Below are positions 18,207 to 27,040 of a DNA stretch of 32,000 nt, in pieces. Position 1 is the first letter of the stretch, and each line of letters opens with the position of its first letter. The notes below the pieces were generated by a model. That model made no database searches. It was not told where the DNA came from and saw only the letters and a list, made by a program, of their open reading frames with translations. Origin of the DNA: Promethearchaeota archaeon (lineage in GTDB: Archaea; Asgardarchaeota; Lokiarchaeia; Sigyniarchaeales; Promethearchaeaceae). The position numbers and the translations under genes are program-made. The DNA lies in assembly GCA_016933055.1 (NCBI GenBank), contig JAFGBS010000009.1, forward strand, positions 330,001-362,000, in the 5' to 3' direction.

Positions 18207-18893
18207 CTATTGTAACCTCCATTCTTCTGGTTCTTTATCATCATTCCTCTCTTTAGCACGTAGGAATATTTTGATGGTTTTTTTATCATCGATTTGAAGA
18301 TATCCGTATTTTTCATCTCGCCTTGCATAGTTAATATAAAAAGGAAATTTTGGAAAATAAGGTTTAGAGGAATAAGATATATCTTCGATCGTTGTAATAT
18401 CAGAATCAGTCCGTGAATTGCATGATTTGCACATCAGATAAATATTATCTTGGGGGTTTTTCTCGTATCGAACACTCAACAACTCATTGCATTGATTACA
18501 CCGAATAATTTTATCCATCTTTCTCATGTATTCTTCGGGAATTCCAATTTTAAAGCCCTTTTTAGTCACTCGGTAGGCAGAAATCATTTTGGAGCTTTGA
18601 GAAATCAATTTTAAACATTCCACAAGATCTAATTGTCTGAGATCAACAATATCGTCTTCGGCTTCTTGGCTAATATTAAAAAACATTCGCCCATTGACCG
18701 TATCGACACTCAATGGTGCATAATCATAACCCGTAAATACTTGATCGATAATTCCTTGAAAAATAAAAGTTCGCAATGCCAATTCCTTTAACCAGACATC
18801 TGGATCCTCTAAATTTCTCCCTATATTCGAAAATTGGGAAATCAAGTAAAGTAGTTTTTTCTGGTCATCAGTTAATTCTAATGGAGACATCAT
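18207..18893 (-). CDS. Hypothetical protein, winged-helix-like domain plus Zn ribbon
   Basis: LTDDQKKLLYLIS..., YDYAP, NISQEAEDDIVDL, wing motif AYRVTKKG, then CNQC/CKSC. Confidence 0.72.
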   Translation of the reverse strand: MMSPLELTDDQKKLLYLISQFSNIGRNLEDPDVWLKELALRTFIFQGIIDQVFTGYDYAPLSVDTVNGRMFFNISQEAEDDIVDLRQLDLVECLKLISQSSKMISAYRVTKKGFKIGIPEEYMRKMDKIIRCNQCNELLSVRYEKNPQDNIYLMCKSCNSRTDSDITTIEDISYSSKPYFPKFPFYINYARRDEKYGYLQIDDKKTIKIFLRAKERNDDKEPEEWRLQ

Positions 18894-18934
18894 TTACTTG
18901 AACCTATTTGTCATAATTGTATTGATGATGGTGT

Positions 18935-18955
18935 AAAAAAAGATTTGTAAAAAAA
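18935..18955 (-). terminator. Putative oligo-T terminator after the kinase gene
   Basis: Two T7 tracts (18949-18955, 18935-18941) on the minus strand just downstream of the stop at 18968. Confidence 0.4.
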
Positions 18956-18967
18956 TAAATCTTGAAT

Positions 18968-20506
18968 CTATTTCACAATACGTACGGCATTAACTGCCTT
19001 ATTCCATCGTATTAATTTCTCCTTTCGTTTTTCGGGATCCATTTTTGGGATAAACTCGGTATAATCTAATTTCAAGGATTTTAATTCCGTTAGATCTTTC
19101 CAAAAACCTACACCGAGACCGGCAAAAAAAGCAGCACCAGTTGCTGTCATATCCGCTTCTGGTGCTCTTTTCACTACAAAGTTTGCAAAATCTGCCATTG
19201 CTTGAAGTTCGATATCAGATTTACTTACTCCGCCATCTACTTTGATGCTTTTTATTTTTGTATTTGTGTCTTGTTCAATTCCCTTGATGATATCATACAC
19301 GCGCAAGGCTAGCCCTTCCAAAACAGCCCTGGCTACATGACGTCTATGTGTAGTAAGGGAAAGTCCAAAAATTGCTGCCCGACAGGAAAAATCGAAAATA
19401 GGGAACTGAATGCCTGTGGGAGCAGGTACGAATACCACACCTTCTGTATCTTCCGTTTCTGAGGCGAATTCATTTAATACTTTTGGTGTATCTGACAATC
19501 CAATTCCCTCTCCTAACCAATCAATCAATGTTCCTGCTGTTGCCACTTGTCCTTCTAGCAAATAGGTGGCTTTTCCGTCAATAAACCATGCAATGAGAGG
19601 ATATAATCCCCGTTTGGAAATTTTTGGATTCTCACCTACTGTGACATCCACAAAAATACCCGATCCTTGAGATACTTTAACATCACCTGGTTCAAAACAT
19701 TGTTGACCGAACAATGCACACTGTTGATCACCACCTGCAGCATGAATGGGGATCTCTATACCAAATAATGACTTATGGGTCATTCCAAACAAGGAATTGG
19801 TTTCTAATACTTGGGGAAATCCCTCAATGGGCAAATTAAACATATTACAATATATCTTATTCCATTCCATATCGAATGGATTAAAAAGTCCCGTGCTTGC
19901 GGCATTAGTGTAATCGGTAACATGTGACTTTTTCCCAGTTAGGTTATAAATAAACCATGTGTCCAATGTTCCAAAAATTATTTCCCTCTTTTTTAACCGA
20001 TCTCGTAAATCTGGTTGGTTGTCGAGTAACCATTTTAGTCTCACTGTCGCCTGCGCTGGATCAAATTTGAACATAGAGGTGGTTTTCATCATAACACTAC
20101 TACTGATTGCCCCGATAATTTTAGTAATTCCTTTGAGAAACCGCCATTTACCCTTTTCATTCATTTTCTCTGCTGTTTCAACAGAGCGAATATCTGCCCA
20201 GCTTATAAAATTAGTTACTGGTTTTCCTGTTTCTTTCTCCCATAAACAAAAAGAACCTCGTTGATTGCTGATCCCAATCGCAGCAATATCTTCAGCTAAA
20301 AATCCTTTATTCAGAACACTTTTTACCACACTCAATAAAGCATTCCATAATTCTTGGGGGTTATCCTCAATTGCGCCCTCTTCAGGATGTAGAGGATTTG
20401 TTTTTTGATATTCTCGGGCTACGATATTCGCATGTTTATCAAATAAAATTGCTCGTATACCAGTAGAACCCGAATCGATACTAAGTATATATTTTTTTTC
20501 ACTCAT
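18968..20506 (-). CDS. glpK: FGGY-family glycerol kinase, GK5-like subtype
   Basis: SIDSGSTGIRA, GISNQRG, FGTLDTWFIYNLTG, TDYTNAASTGLF, GGDQQCALFG, KVDGGVS, TATGAAFFAGLGVGFW. Has a helical insertion and NQRG/DPAQ substitutions relative to canonical GlpK. Confidence 0.85.
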   Translation of the reverse strand: MSEKKYILSIDSGSTGIRAILFDKHANIVAREYQKTNPLHPEEGAIEDNPQELWNALLSVVKSVLNKGFLAEDIAAIGISNQRGSFCLWEKETGKPVTNFISWADIRSVETAEKMNEKGKWRFLKGITKIIGAISSSVMMKTTSMFKFDPAQATVRLKWLLDNQPDLRDRLKKREIIFGTLDTWFIYNLTGKKSHVTDYTNAASTGLFNPFDMEWNKIYCNMFNLPIEGFPQVLETNSLFGMTHKSLFGIEIPIHAAGGDQQCALFGQQCFEPGDVKVSQGSGIFVDVTVGENPKISKRGLYPLIAWFIDGKATYLLEGQVATAGTLIDWLGEGIGLSDTPKVLNEFASETEDTEGVVFVPAPTGIQFPIFDFSCRAAIFGLSLTTHRRHVARAVLEGLALRVYDIIKGIEQDTNTKIKSIKVDGGVSKSDIELQAMADFANFVVKRAPEADMTATGAAFFAGLGVGFWKDLTELKSLKLDYTEFIPKMDPEKRKEKLIRWNKAVNAVRIVK

Positions 20507-20624
20507 TAGAATTACACCATAACATGCTCATCTATACACTAACTATGATGGAATTCTCTATTTAACAGTTCTTATACCCGAAAAAAAAGAAACAGAAATA
20601 TTTGCTAATATCTCCATTATATAA

Positions 20625-20960
20625 TTAACTTTCAAGTTCCAATAAGTTTCTTATAAATTTCTTTCTTAATCCATCAATTCCGAACAACTCTTTGAAGTAG
20701 TATTTATTTTCGTTGGGTAGGTAAATTACTGGAGTGTATACAGTACAACCCTCTATATCACAAAATGTCTGGATGAACATCTCATTATGTAACAATTTGT
20801 CCACGACTTGCTGGTCCTCTACTGACCATTCCTCAAATCTAATGTCCTCTTCCTTTAACCAACTTTTCAAATCTGAGCATTTACTACAATTTTCTTTCGT
20901 AATTACTTTAAATTCTTTCATGATTGCTTTGAATTTAAAAAACATCTTAAGTATTCTCAT
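20625..20960 (-). CDS. Glutaredoxin/thioredoxin-fold protein (CSKC)
   Basis: KVITKENCSKCSDLKSWL...YTPVIY. Probable start is the Met at 20921. Confidence 0.75.
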   Translation of the reverse strand: MRILKMFFKFKAIMKEFKVITKENCSKCSDLKSWLKEEDIRFEEWSVEDQQVVDKLLHNEMFIQTFCDIEGCTVYTPVIYLPNENKYYFKELFGIDGLRKKFIRNLLELES

Positions 20961-21085
20961 TTACTGAACAAATTTTTTTCTCAATTTTTTCCTTTGAAAA
21001 TTTTGTATATCTTCAAGCTAACTTATTACAAATTAATAAAATATATTCTGATTGTCACAGAATTTTTTTTTTGATTGGGTGAATG

Positions 21086-21093
21086 TTTATATT
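21086..21093 (+). promoter_or_regulatory. Putative TATA box for the leaderless grx-FTR unit
   Basis: TTTATATT 24-31 nt upstream of ATG 21117. Confidence 0.4.
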
Positions 21094-21116
21094 TAATTTG
21101 AAATGAGTAAAGAATT

Positions 21117-21425
21117 ATGACTGAAACTATACAACGCATTAACTATACTTTTGAGGGTAATAAGGATATTGGGAAAGATGTCACCGTATATGCTCTTTCA
21201 ACATGCGGTTTCTGCCGTCGAGCTCTTCAATTCTTACGAGATGCTGACTGTAAATTCAAATTTGTCTATGTGGATAAACTCCCATACGAAACCAAACAAC
21301 AATTAAAAGAAGAACTACAAGATAGATATGAAAAACGAGTAGTATTTCCTTATTTAGTTATAGATGACTCAGATGTACTTGCTGGTTTCGTAGAAGAAGA
21401 TTGGAAAAACACCTTAGGACTTTAA
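21117..21425 (+). CDS. Glutaredoxin (NrdH/Grx-like, CGFC)
   Basis: VTVYALSTCGFCRRA, VVFPYLVID, LAGF. Confidence 0.88.
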   Translation: MTETIQRINYTFEGNKDIGKDVTVYALSTCGFCRRALQFLRDADCKFKFVYVDKLPYETKQQLKEELQDRYEKRVVFPYLVIDDSDVLAGFVEEDWKNTLGL

Positions 21426-21446
21426 TTTATCTATTACTATGATATA

Positions 21447-21797
21447 TTGATCATTATGCCAAATAGGAAAACACTGAAGGATACAGAAAAATTTGTATTT
21501 ATGGTAGCGGAAAAACAGGATTGGGAACTACATCCAGATAAAGAATTCTTAAAAATGCTATGTGAGGGATTAACCGAGAACTGGAATCGATATGGTTACT
21601 ATTCATGTCCATGTAGGGACGGATCTGGAAGTAAAATAACCGATAATGATATCATCTGCCCATGTGATTATTGCGAACCAGACCAACAAGAATATGGACA
21701 CTGTTATTGTGGATTATATTTAACAAAGGAATTTGCAGCCACAGGAAAAATACCCAAATACATACCCGAACGTAGACCAGAAGAAAAAATCCAATAA
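21447..21797 (+). CDS. ftrC: Ferredoxin:thioredoxin reductase catalytic subunit-like protein
   Basis: YGYYSCPCR, ICPC, GHCYCGLY (CPC/CPC/CxC cluster and disulfide motifs). Likely start is ATG 21456. Confidence 0.9.
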   Translation: MIIMPNRKTLKDTEKFVFMVAEKQDWELHPDKEFLKMLCEGLTENWNRYGYYSCPCRDGSGSKITDNDIICPCDYCEPDQQEYGHCYCGLYLTKEFAATGKIPKYIPERRPEEKIQ

Positions 21798-21804
21798 GCT
21801 ATAA

Positions 21805-23658
21805 TTATATTAAATTGCAAATTCGTTCATTTTTTTTTATCCCTTTCAAAATTTGGATAAATCTATGATTCCAAAGTGTAGATAAATAAGTACTTATTTG
21901 CTCATGAAAGGAATTATTCGCTATATCAGTACGATGGATATTAAGGGATGGAGTCTCCGTTAATATTTGCTGAATATGAGAATCTAGCATTACACTAAAA
22001 TTGTATATTCCTTCCCAATTTACCTGGATTGATTGGATCCATTCATTATACTCAGATATCGATAAATATAGTAAAACCATAACCCCATTCAGCAACGTAT
22101 ACAACTTTTGGTACAAATCAGAATTAGTGGACTGGAATCCCATGTAAGAAAGAGAATTTGATAGAAAGTGAAACAATCGATATGTTGTTTCATCATTTTT
22201 AGGGACGCAGTAATAAGGAACTTGCTTTAAATAGATGAAATCTAACCGAGTAGACCGGATTGCACCTGCGTAGACAATTTTATATAAATACCATGCGAAA
22301 AGTTTGGAATTAAGATAACATAATAGATAAACCCTAAGAAATTCATTAGTTAATGGCTTTTTTAACTCTTTAAGGAAAATGTTTACTACTGTATCAAAAC
22401 ATACATATTTACCTGATGGGGGTCTTCTGCTAAAAACTAGTTTATAATGGGGAACTGGCTTTTTTACATGAGCATTTGCAAGCTGTCCTAGTATTTCCCC
22501 CAAAAATGTTGTTTTTCCGTCTAATATACTTCTGCAGATTCCTTTCCTAATAGGTTTTATATGAAATTGCCCAATTAGTTTTCCCTCGATACAGAAAAGG
22601 AAATTATTTTGGTAACGATTTATGGTTTTAGCTTGGTTTTGAATGTTCAGGCCCCTATATGCTTTAATACAACTTTCTAGAGTTTTTTTATGTATTTGCA
22701 AGTCTTGATATAACAAATATTCTTGATGAGTCAAACTCAAGATCAATGAATTTTTTTTAATTTTTTCCGTTTTCTCAATAGATATTCGACTTCCTTCGTT
22801 AGTCTCAGTAATATAATGCGTTCTAGATGCATCTTTTCCTGTAACAAGTAAAATTTGCTCCAATTTTACCTTATTAAACGCTTTACTAATATCTTGGATA
22901 AATATTAAATCTCTAAGAATACATATTTTCAAGGAATTCCACCGTCTACTGTATGCGAGAGATTTAGGGAGAATAAAACCCATTTTTCCTTTTTTTTTTA
23001 GAAGAGCTTTGCATAATAGGAAAAAATACGCAGCAGAATTTTGAATAATTGATGGATATAGCTTTCTCATACGTTTTAGGTGTGCCGTTTCTATGAATGC
23101 ATTGTAGGGAGGATTACATAATATTACGTCATATTTTTTGTCCGGGTCATATATATCGAAGAAATTTGCATATTGGATGGTTTGTAATAAATTATGGCAT
23201 TCATTTTTGATTACAGATAAAGAAAAGGGATTTTTTTTATGAAGAGGATTTAAAGACCAATATACAAGTCGTAATCTGCAGAGTTCTACTGTCTTATTAT
23301 TTATATCAAAACCATAAAGGCAATTATGCACAATCTTTTTTCGAATTTTCACTTCCTCATTATCCGAAATTATTTTTCCAGCAAGAATCACAGATAAAAC
23401 GTAATTTGCTGCTGCTATCAGAAACTCTCCGAGACCGCATGCAGGATCTAATATCTTAATATTGAGTAAATCTTCTACTTTTTTATCATTGAAACAATTT
23501 TCAGTTAATTTCACGGCAATATCAGGGGGTGTAAAAAAAGAACCAAGATTCTTATTCAAAAATTGTGGATAAATCTGAGAGAAAAGTTTTGCATTTCTCT
23601 CTTCTTCTGTCCATTTCGGGTTTGTATATATTTCGTAAAGTATCTGATCAATTTCCAT
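21805..23658 (-). CDS. N6-adenine DNA methyltransferase, gamma class (TaqI/Eco57I-like) with C-terminal TRD
   Basis: GSFFTP, ILDPACGLGEFL, LYGFDIN, ILCNPPY, GKMGFILP, YLLCYLNSKLF. Confidence 0.87.
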   Translation of the reverse strand: MEIDQILYEIYTNPKWTEEERNAKLFSQIYPQFLNKNLGSFFTPPDIAVKLTENCFNDKKVEDLLNIKILDPACGLGEFLIAAANYVLSVILAGKIISDNEEVKIRKKIVHNCLYGFDINNKTVELCRLRLVYWSLNPLHKKNPFSLSVIKNECHNLLQTIQYANFFDIYDPDKKYDVILCNPPYNAFIETAHLKRMRKLYPSIIQNSAAYFFLLCKALLKKKGKMGFILPKSLAYSRRWNSLKICILRDLIFIQDISKAFNKVKLEQILLVTGKDASRTHYITETNEGSRISIEKTEKIKKNSLILSLTHQEYLLYQDLQIHKKTLESCIKAYRGLNIQNQAKTINRYQNNFLFCIEGKLIGQFHIKPIRKGICRSILDGKTTFLGEILGQLANAHVKKPVPHYKLVFSRRPPSGKYVCFDTVVNIFLKELKKPLTNEFLRVYLLCYLNSKLFAWYLYKIVYAGAIRSTRLDFIYLKQVPYYCVPKNDETTYRLFHFLSNSLSYMGFQSTNSDLYQKLYTLLNGVMVLLYLSISEYNEWIQSIQVNWEGIYNFSVMLDSHIQQILTETPSLNIHRTDIANNSFHEQISTYLSTLWNHRFIQILKGIKKNERICNLI

Positions 23659-25441
23659 TTAAATCATCGGGGATATAACCGCTTGATTGTGCATTATAGA
23701 GTTTTCGATATATTCCATTGGGTAGTTGCATTAGTTCTTCGTGCGTACCACGTTCAGCAATACCCTTTTTCGTCATTACTAAAATCTCATGTGCATTCTT
23801 TATTGTGCTTAAGCGATGCGCAACTGCAATTGTCGTCCGTCCTTTTGAAAGATCATCAAAAGATTTCTGAATTTCTATTTCAGTATGTGAATCTAAGGAT
23901 GAGGTTGCTTCGTCTAGAATTAAAATTGGAGGATTTTTTAAGAACACTTGGGCTATTGCAAGTCGTTGCTTTTGACCCCCCGAGAGTTTAATTCCCCTCT
24001 CTCCCACTATAGTATCATAGCCCTCAGGTAATGTCATAATAAAATCGTGCAGTTTTGCACTTTTAGCAGCCCTGATAATTTCCTCATCTGTCGCTCCTGG
24101 TTTTCCAAATTCAATATTTTCACGGATGGTTCCATAAAATATGAAAACGTCTTGATACACAATTCCAATATTTTTACGCAGCGATTCTAATTTTAAATCT
24201 TTAATATTTATATCGTCAATAAAGATTATTCCATTTCCTTCTTTGACGTCATAAAATCTCGGAATGAGATGTACCAGGGTTGTCTTTCCCACTCCGCTTG
24301 TTCCAACGATACCTATTTTCATTCCTGGTTCTATCTCGATATTAAAATCATTTAAAATCCAACTATCCTCACCCTCTTCGTTATATCGGAAAGAAACATT
24401 TGAAAATTCAATTTTTCCTTTTGGATACGTTAAATCAACTGCATCCTCTTTTTCAAGCATATCTGATTTAGTTTCCATTAAATCATGGAACCTTTTAAAT
24501 CCTGCATATCCAGATTGGAAGATCTGGGTGAATTGGATTAATCTACGAATAGGTGTAATGAAGTATGCAACATAAAGAAGATAAGCAACTAACTCACCGT
24601 ATAAAATAGTACCATTATACACGAATAATGCACCAGTAAATATTGCGGCTAAACTCAGTAAATCCATTAAGAAGTTATTACCTGCGCTGAATTCCCCTAA
24701 GTGCTTATAAGATTTACGATATGATTCAACATATTCCATATTCTTTTCCAGAAACTTATCAATTTCATAAGATTCATTAGTGTAACTTTTTGTGCTTCGA
24801 ATCCCAGAAATGCTGGATTCAATCCTTGCGTTTATCTTCGCATGACTCTCTCTTACACCTCGGAAGGTGGTAACTAATTTTGTTCGTTTAGCTAATGAAA
24901 AAATAATCAGAAGGAATACAATAATAAAAATAATTCCTGTAATCAATGGGTTTATCGTCATCAATATAATGAATGATCCAATTATCATAATCATGGATAT
25001 GAACAAGTCCTCGGGTCCATGGTGTGCCATTTCAGAAACTTCTCTTAGATCCCCAACAATCCTTGACATTAATTGCCCAGTGCGCATATTATCAAAGTAC
25101 GAGAAAGGCATTTGCTGGATATGGATAAAAAGATCTTTTCTCATATCTCCTTCCATGTAAGTTCCTAAAAGATGCCCATAATAGGACATGATATAGGATG
25201 CTATCATCTTTATAATATATAGAAAAAATAAAACACAAGAGAAAATGATGATCATCTGGATGTTTCGATTAGGTATCCAATTGTCTATATACCAGCGTGA
25301 AGAAATAGGGAAAATTAAATCAAGAGCAGCTGTTAAGGTTGCACAGATCATATCTAAAATAAATAGACCTTTGAATGGTTTATAATATCGAACAAATCTA
25401 CGAAAAATTTGCATTTTGTGTGAAGGAATATCACATAACAT
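23648..25441 (-). CDS. ABC exporter, fused permease/ATPase (ABCB/MsbA/YwjA-like)
   Basis: TM domain with MSRIVGDLREVSEMAHHGPED; GTSGVGKTT, LSGGQKQR, ILILDEATSSLD, VAHRLSTI. Confidence 0.95.
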   Translation of the reverse strand: MLCDIPSHKMQIFRRFVRYYKPFKGLFILDMICATLTAALDLIFPISSRWYIDNWIPNRNIQMIIIFSCVLFFLYIIKMIASYIMSYYGHLLGTYMEGDMRKDLFIHIQQMPFSYFDNMRTGQLMSRIVGDLREVSEMAHHGPEDLFISMIMIIGSFIILMTINPLITGIIFIIVFLLIIFSLAKRTKLVTTFRGVRESHAKINARIESSISGIRSTKSYTNESYEIDKFLEKNMEYVESYRKSYKHLGEFSAGNNFLMDLLSLAAIFTGALFVYNGTILYGELVAYLLYVAYFITPIRRLIQFTQIFQSGYAGFKRFHDLMETKSDMLEKEDAVDLTYPKGKIEFSNVSFRYNEEGEDSWILNDFNIEIEPGMKIGIVGTSGVGKTTLVHLIPRFYDVKEGNGIIFIDDINIKDLKLESLRKNIGIVYQDVFIFYGTIRENIEFGKPGATDEEIIRAAKSAKLHDFIMTLPEGYDTIVGERGIKLSGGQKQRLAIAQVFLKNPPILILDEATSSLDSHTEIEIQKSFDDLSKGRTTIAVAHRLSTIKNAHEILVMTKKGIAERGTHEELMQLPNGIYRKLYNAQSSGYIPDDLNGN

Positions 25442-25447
25442 TTAGAG

Positions 25448-26188
25448 TTATTTTTTGATAATTTCATTAAATAGATCATATTTTTGTGTCTGTAAATAAT
25501 CATGTGCTCTGCCCAGACTTTCCGGTTGCTTATGAGTTTTCGCTGTTGTAAGCGTAAGTTTTACCGCTGTATCCAATTTTATCCTATACCCAACACTTAC
25601 GAAAACGGGAGAGGATTTATCTTTTAGTACAATTACATACCCTATCGTCTCCTCCTCGTCGATTATGGGGATTGTTTTTCCTACTTTTCGTTCAATTTTT
25701 TTCCAATCGTGTACATTAATAAGAGGCTTTTTTGCGACTCCTATGGAAGGTATGTTCATAGCGACTCCGATGGCAGTAGCTGCTCCAAAACGATGCGGAT
25801 GAGCTCGACCATGCCCATCAAAAAATAGTACATCAGGTTGTGGTGATAATTTTTCAAGAGCTTTTGAAGCAATCAGAATTTCTCGAAAAGCTAACAATCC
25901 CGAAATGTATGGAAATTCGACCTTTCCTGTAGAAAATTCATGAGAAACCTCTTGTTGTTCTTTAACATCCCATAAAACTGCACATGCAAACCCATATTCA
26001 TTTATATCATCTTCTAAATAGACTAAATCCACCCCCGCAACTAAATTGATGTCTCCCAATTCAATTCCTGGTGCATTCTCCTTAGAAACGAATTTTGCCC
26101 ATTTTTTTTGTATCCCAATAGCTTGTTCTAGGGAATTTGGATATTGAAGTAATTCATTGCGATTATAATTTTCCTTCATAAAATCCAT
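25448..26188 (-). CDS. nfi: Endonuclease V (deoxyinosine 3' endonuclease)
   Basis: AGVD, PYISGLLAFRE, DVLFFDGHGRAHP, SIGVAK, PVFVSVG, RAH; catalytic D/E/D/H present. Confidence 0.93.
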   Translation of the reverse strand: MDFMKENYNRNELLQYPNSLEQAIGIQKKWAKFVSKENAPGIELGDINLVAGVDLVYLEDDINEYGFACAVLWDVKEQQEVSHEFSTGKVEFPYISGLLAFREILIASKALEKLSPQPDVLFFDGHGRAHPHRFGAATAIGVAMNIPSIGVAKKPLINVHDWKKIERKVGKTIPIIDEEETIGYVIVLKDKSSPVFVSVGYRIKLDTAVKLTLTTAKTHKQPESLGRAHDYLQTQKYDLFNEIIKK

Positions 26189-27004
26189 CTATTCCTCTTT
26201 TTTAAAAGCCTTTAGGGAGAACATCAATGGAACCTTATACGGGAATTCTGGTGGAAAATAGTAATACCCGTCCTCATGCTTAAACAACATGGGGTGAGAT
26301 TTATACTCAGAATATGGGTATTCATGAAATTTCTCTATAGTGAGACCTACATTAACCAAATTATTGATAATTGAAGAGATGGGATGTCTCCATTCATATG
26401 CTGTTTTATTTTTCATGGGAGTATCGGATGCATAGGTGTACCCATCCTCATAATGTTCAACTTGACCTTCTGTGAAATAATTATATGCGATTCTCAAATG
26501 ATCTTTGAATTTTTCATCAAACAATTGACCAAAGGGATGCCCGTCAATGATATAGAAAAATCCTCCCGGTTTTAGGAAGTGATTAATTATCTTGGCCCAG
26601 TTCTCTAGATCGGGTAACCACGCAAGAACTCCATATGAAGTGAATACTATATCAAATTGACCAGTTAAGTGTTCCGTAAGAGAATAAATATTGGATTCTA
26701 TAAAATTTGCTGGGATCGCTAATTCTTTACTCAATGATCTCGCTAATTCGACTGCTTTATCGGAAAAATCTACACCCGTCACAATAGCTCCCATATTCGC
26801 CAAACTAAGGGAATCCATTCCAAAATGGCATTGTAGATGCAACATTAATTTTCCCGAAACATCCCCCAGTTCCTTCTGTTCTAAACGTAAAAGAGAATTT
26901 CTTGTTTTTTTAAATTTCTCTAATCCGTAAAATTTGGATTTGGAATGTATTTCAACGCGTTCATTCCAATTTTTTCGATTGGTATCAAAGTATTCATCAT
27001 TCAT
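26189..27004 (-). CDS. Class I SAM-dependent methyltransferase
   Basis: LHLQCHFGMDSLSLANMGAIVTGVDFS, FDIVFTSYGVLAWLPDL, LKPGG. Confidence 0.9.
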   Translation of the reverse strand: MNDEYFDTNRKNWNERVEIHSKSKFYGLEKFKKTRNSLLRLEQKELGDVSGKLMLHLQCHFGMDSLSLANMGAIVTGVDFSDKAVELARSLSKELAIPANFIESNIYSLTEHLTGQFDIVFTSYGVLAWLPDLENWAKIINHFLKPGGFFYIIDGHPFGQLFDEKFKDHLRIAYNYFTEGQVEHYEDGYTYASDTPMKNKTAYEWRHPISSIINNLVNVGLTIEKFHEYPYSEYKSHPMLFKHEDGYYYFPPEFPYKVPLMFSLKAFKKEE

Positions 27005-27040
27005 TTTATGAATGTTCGGAATCTTTGTATTATAATTTTT

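Noticed and set aside
23563-23991. 142-aa plus-strand ORF across the MTase/ABC junction as a possible restriction or control protein
   Set aside because: Antisense to two solid genes, with no HTH or PD-(D/E)xK pattern.
21805-27004. MTase + EndoV + SAM-MTase (+ SfsA elsewhere) as a defence island
   Set aside because: EndoV and SfsA look like standard housekeeping orthologs, an ABC exporter intervenes, and there are no mobile or defence hallmarks.
25448-27004. In-frame TAG between the SAM methyltransferase and EndoV as pyrrolysine readthrough
   Set aside because: Both are complete stand-alone domains, a GAGG SD precedes the EndoV ATG, and no pyl genes are visible.
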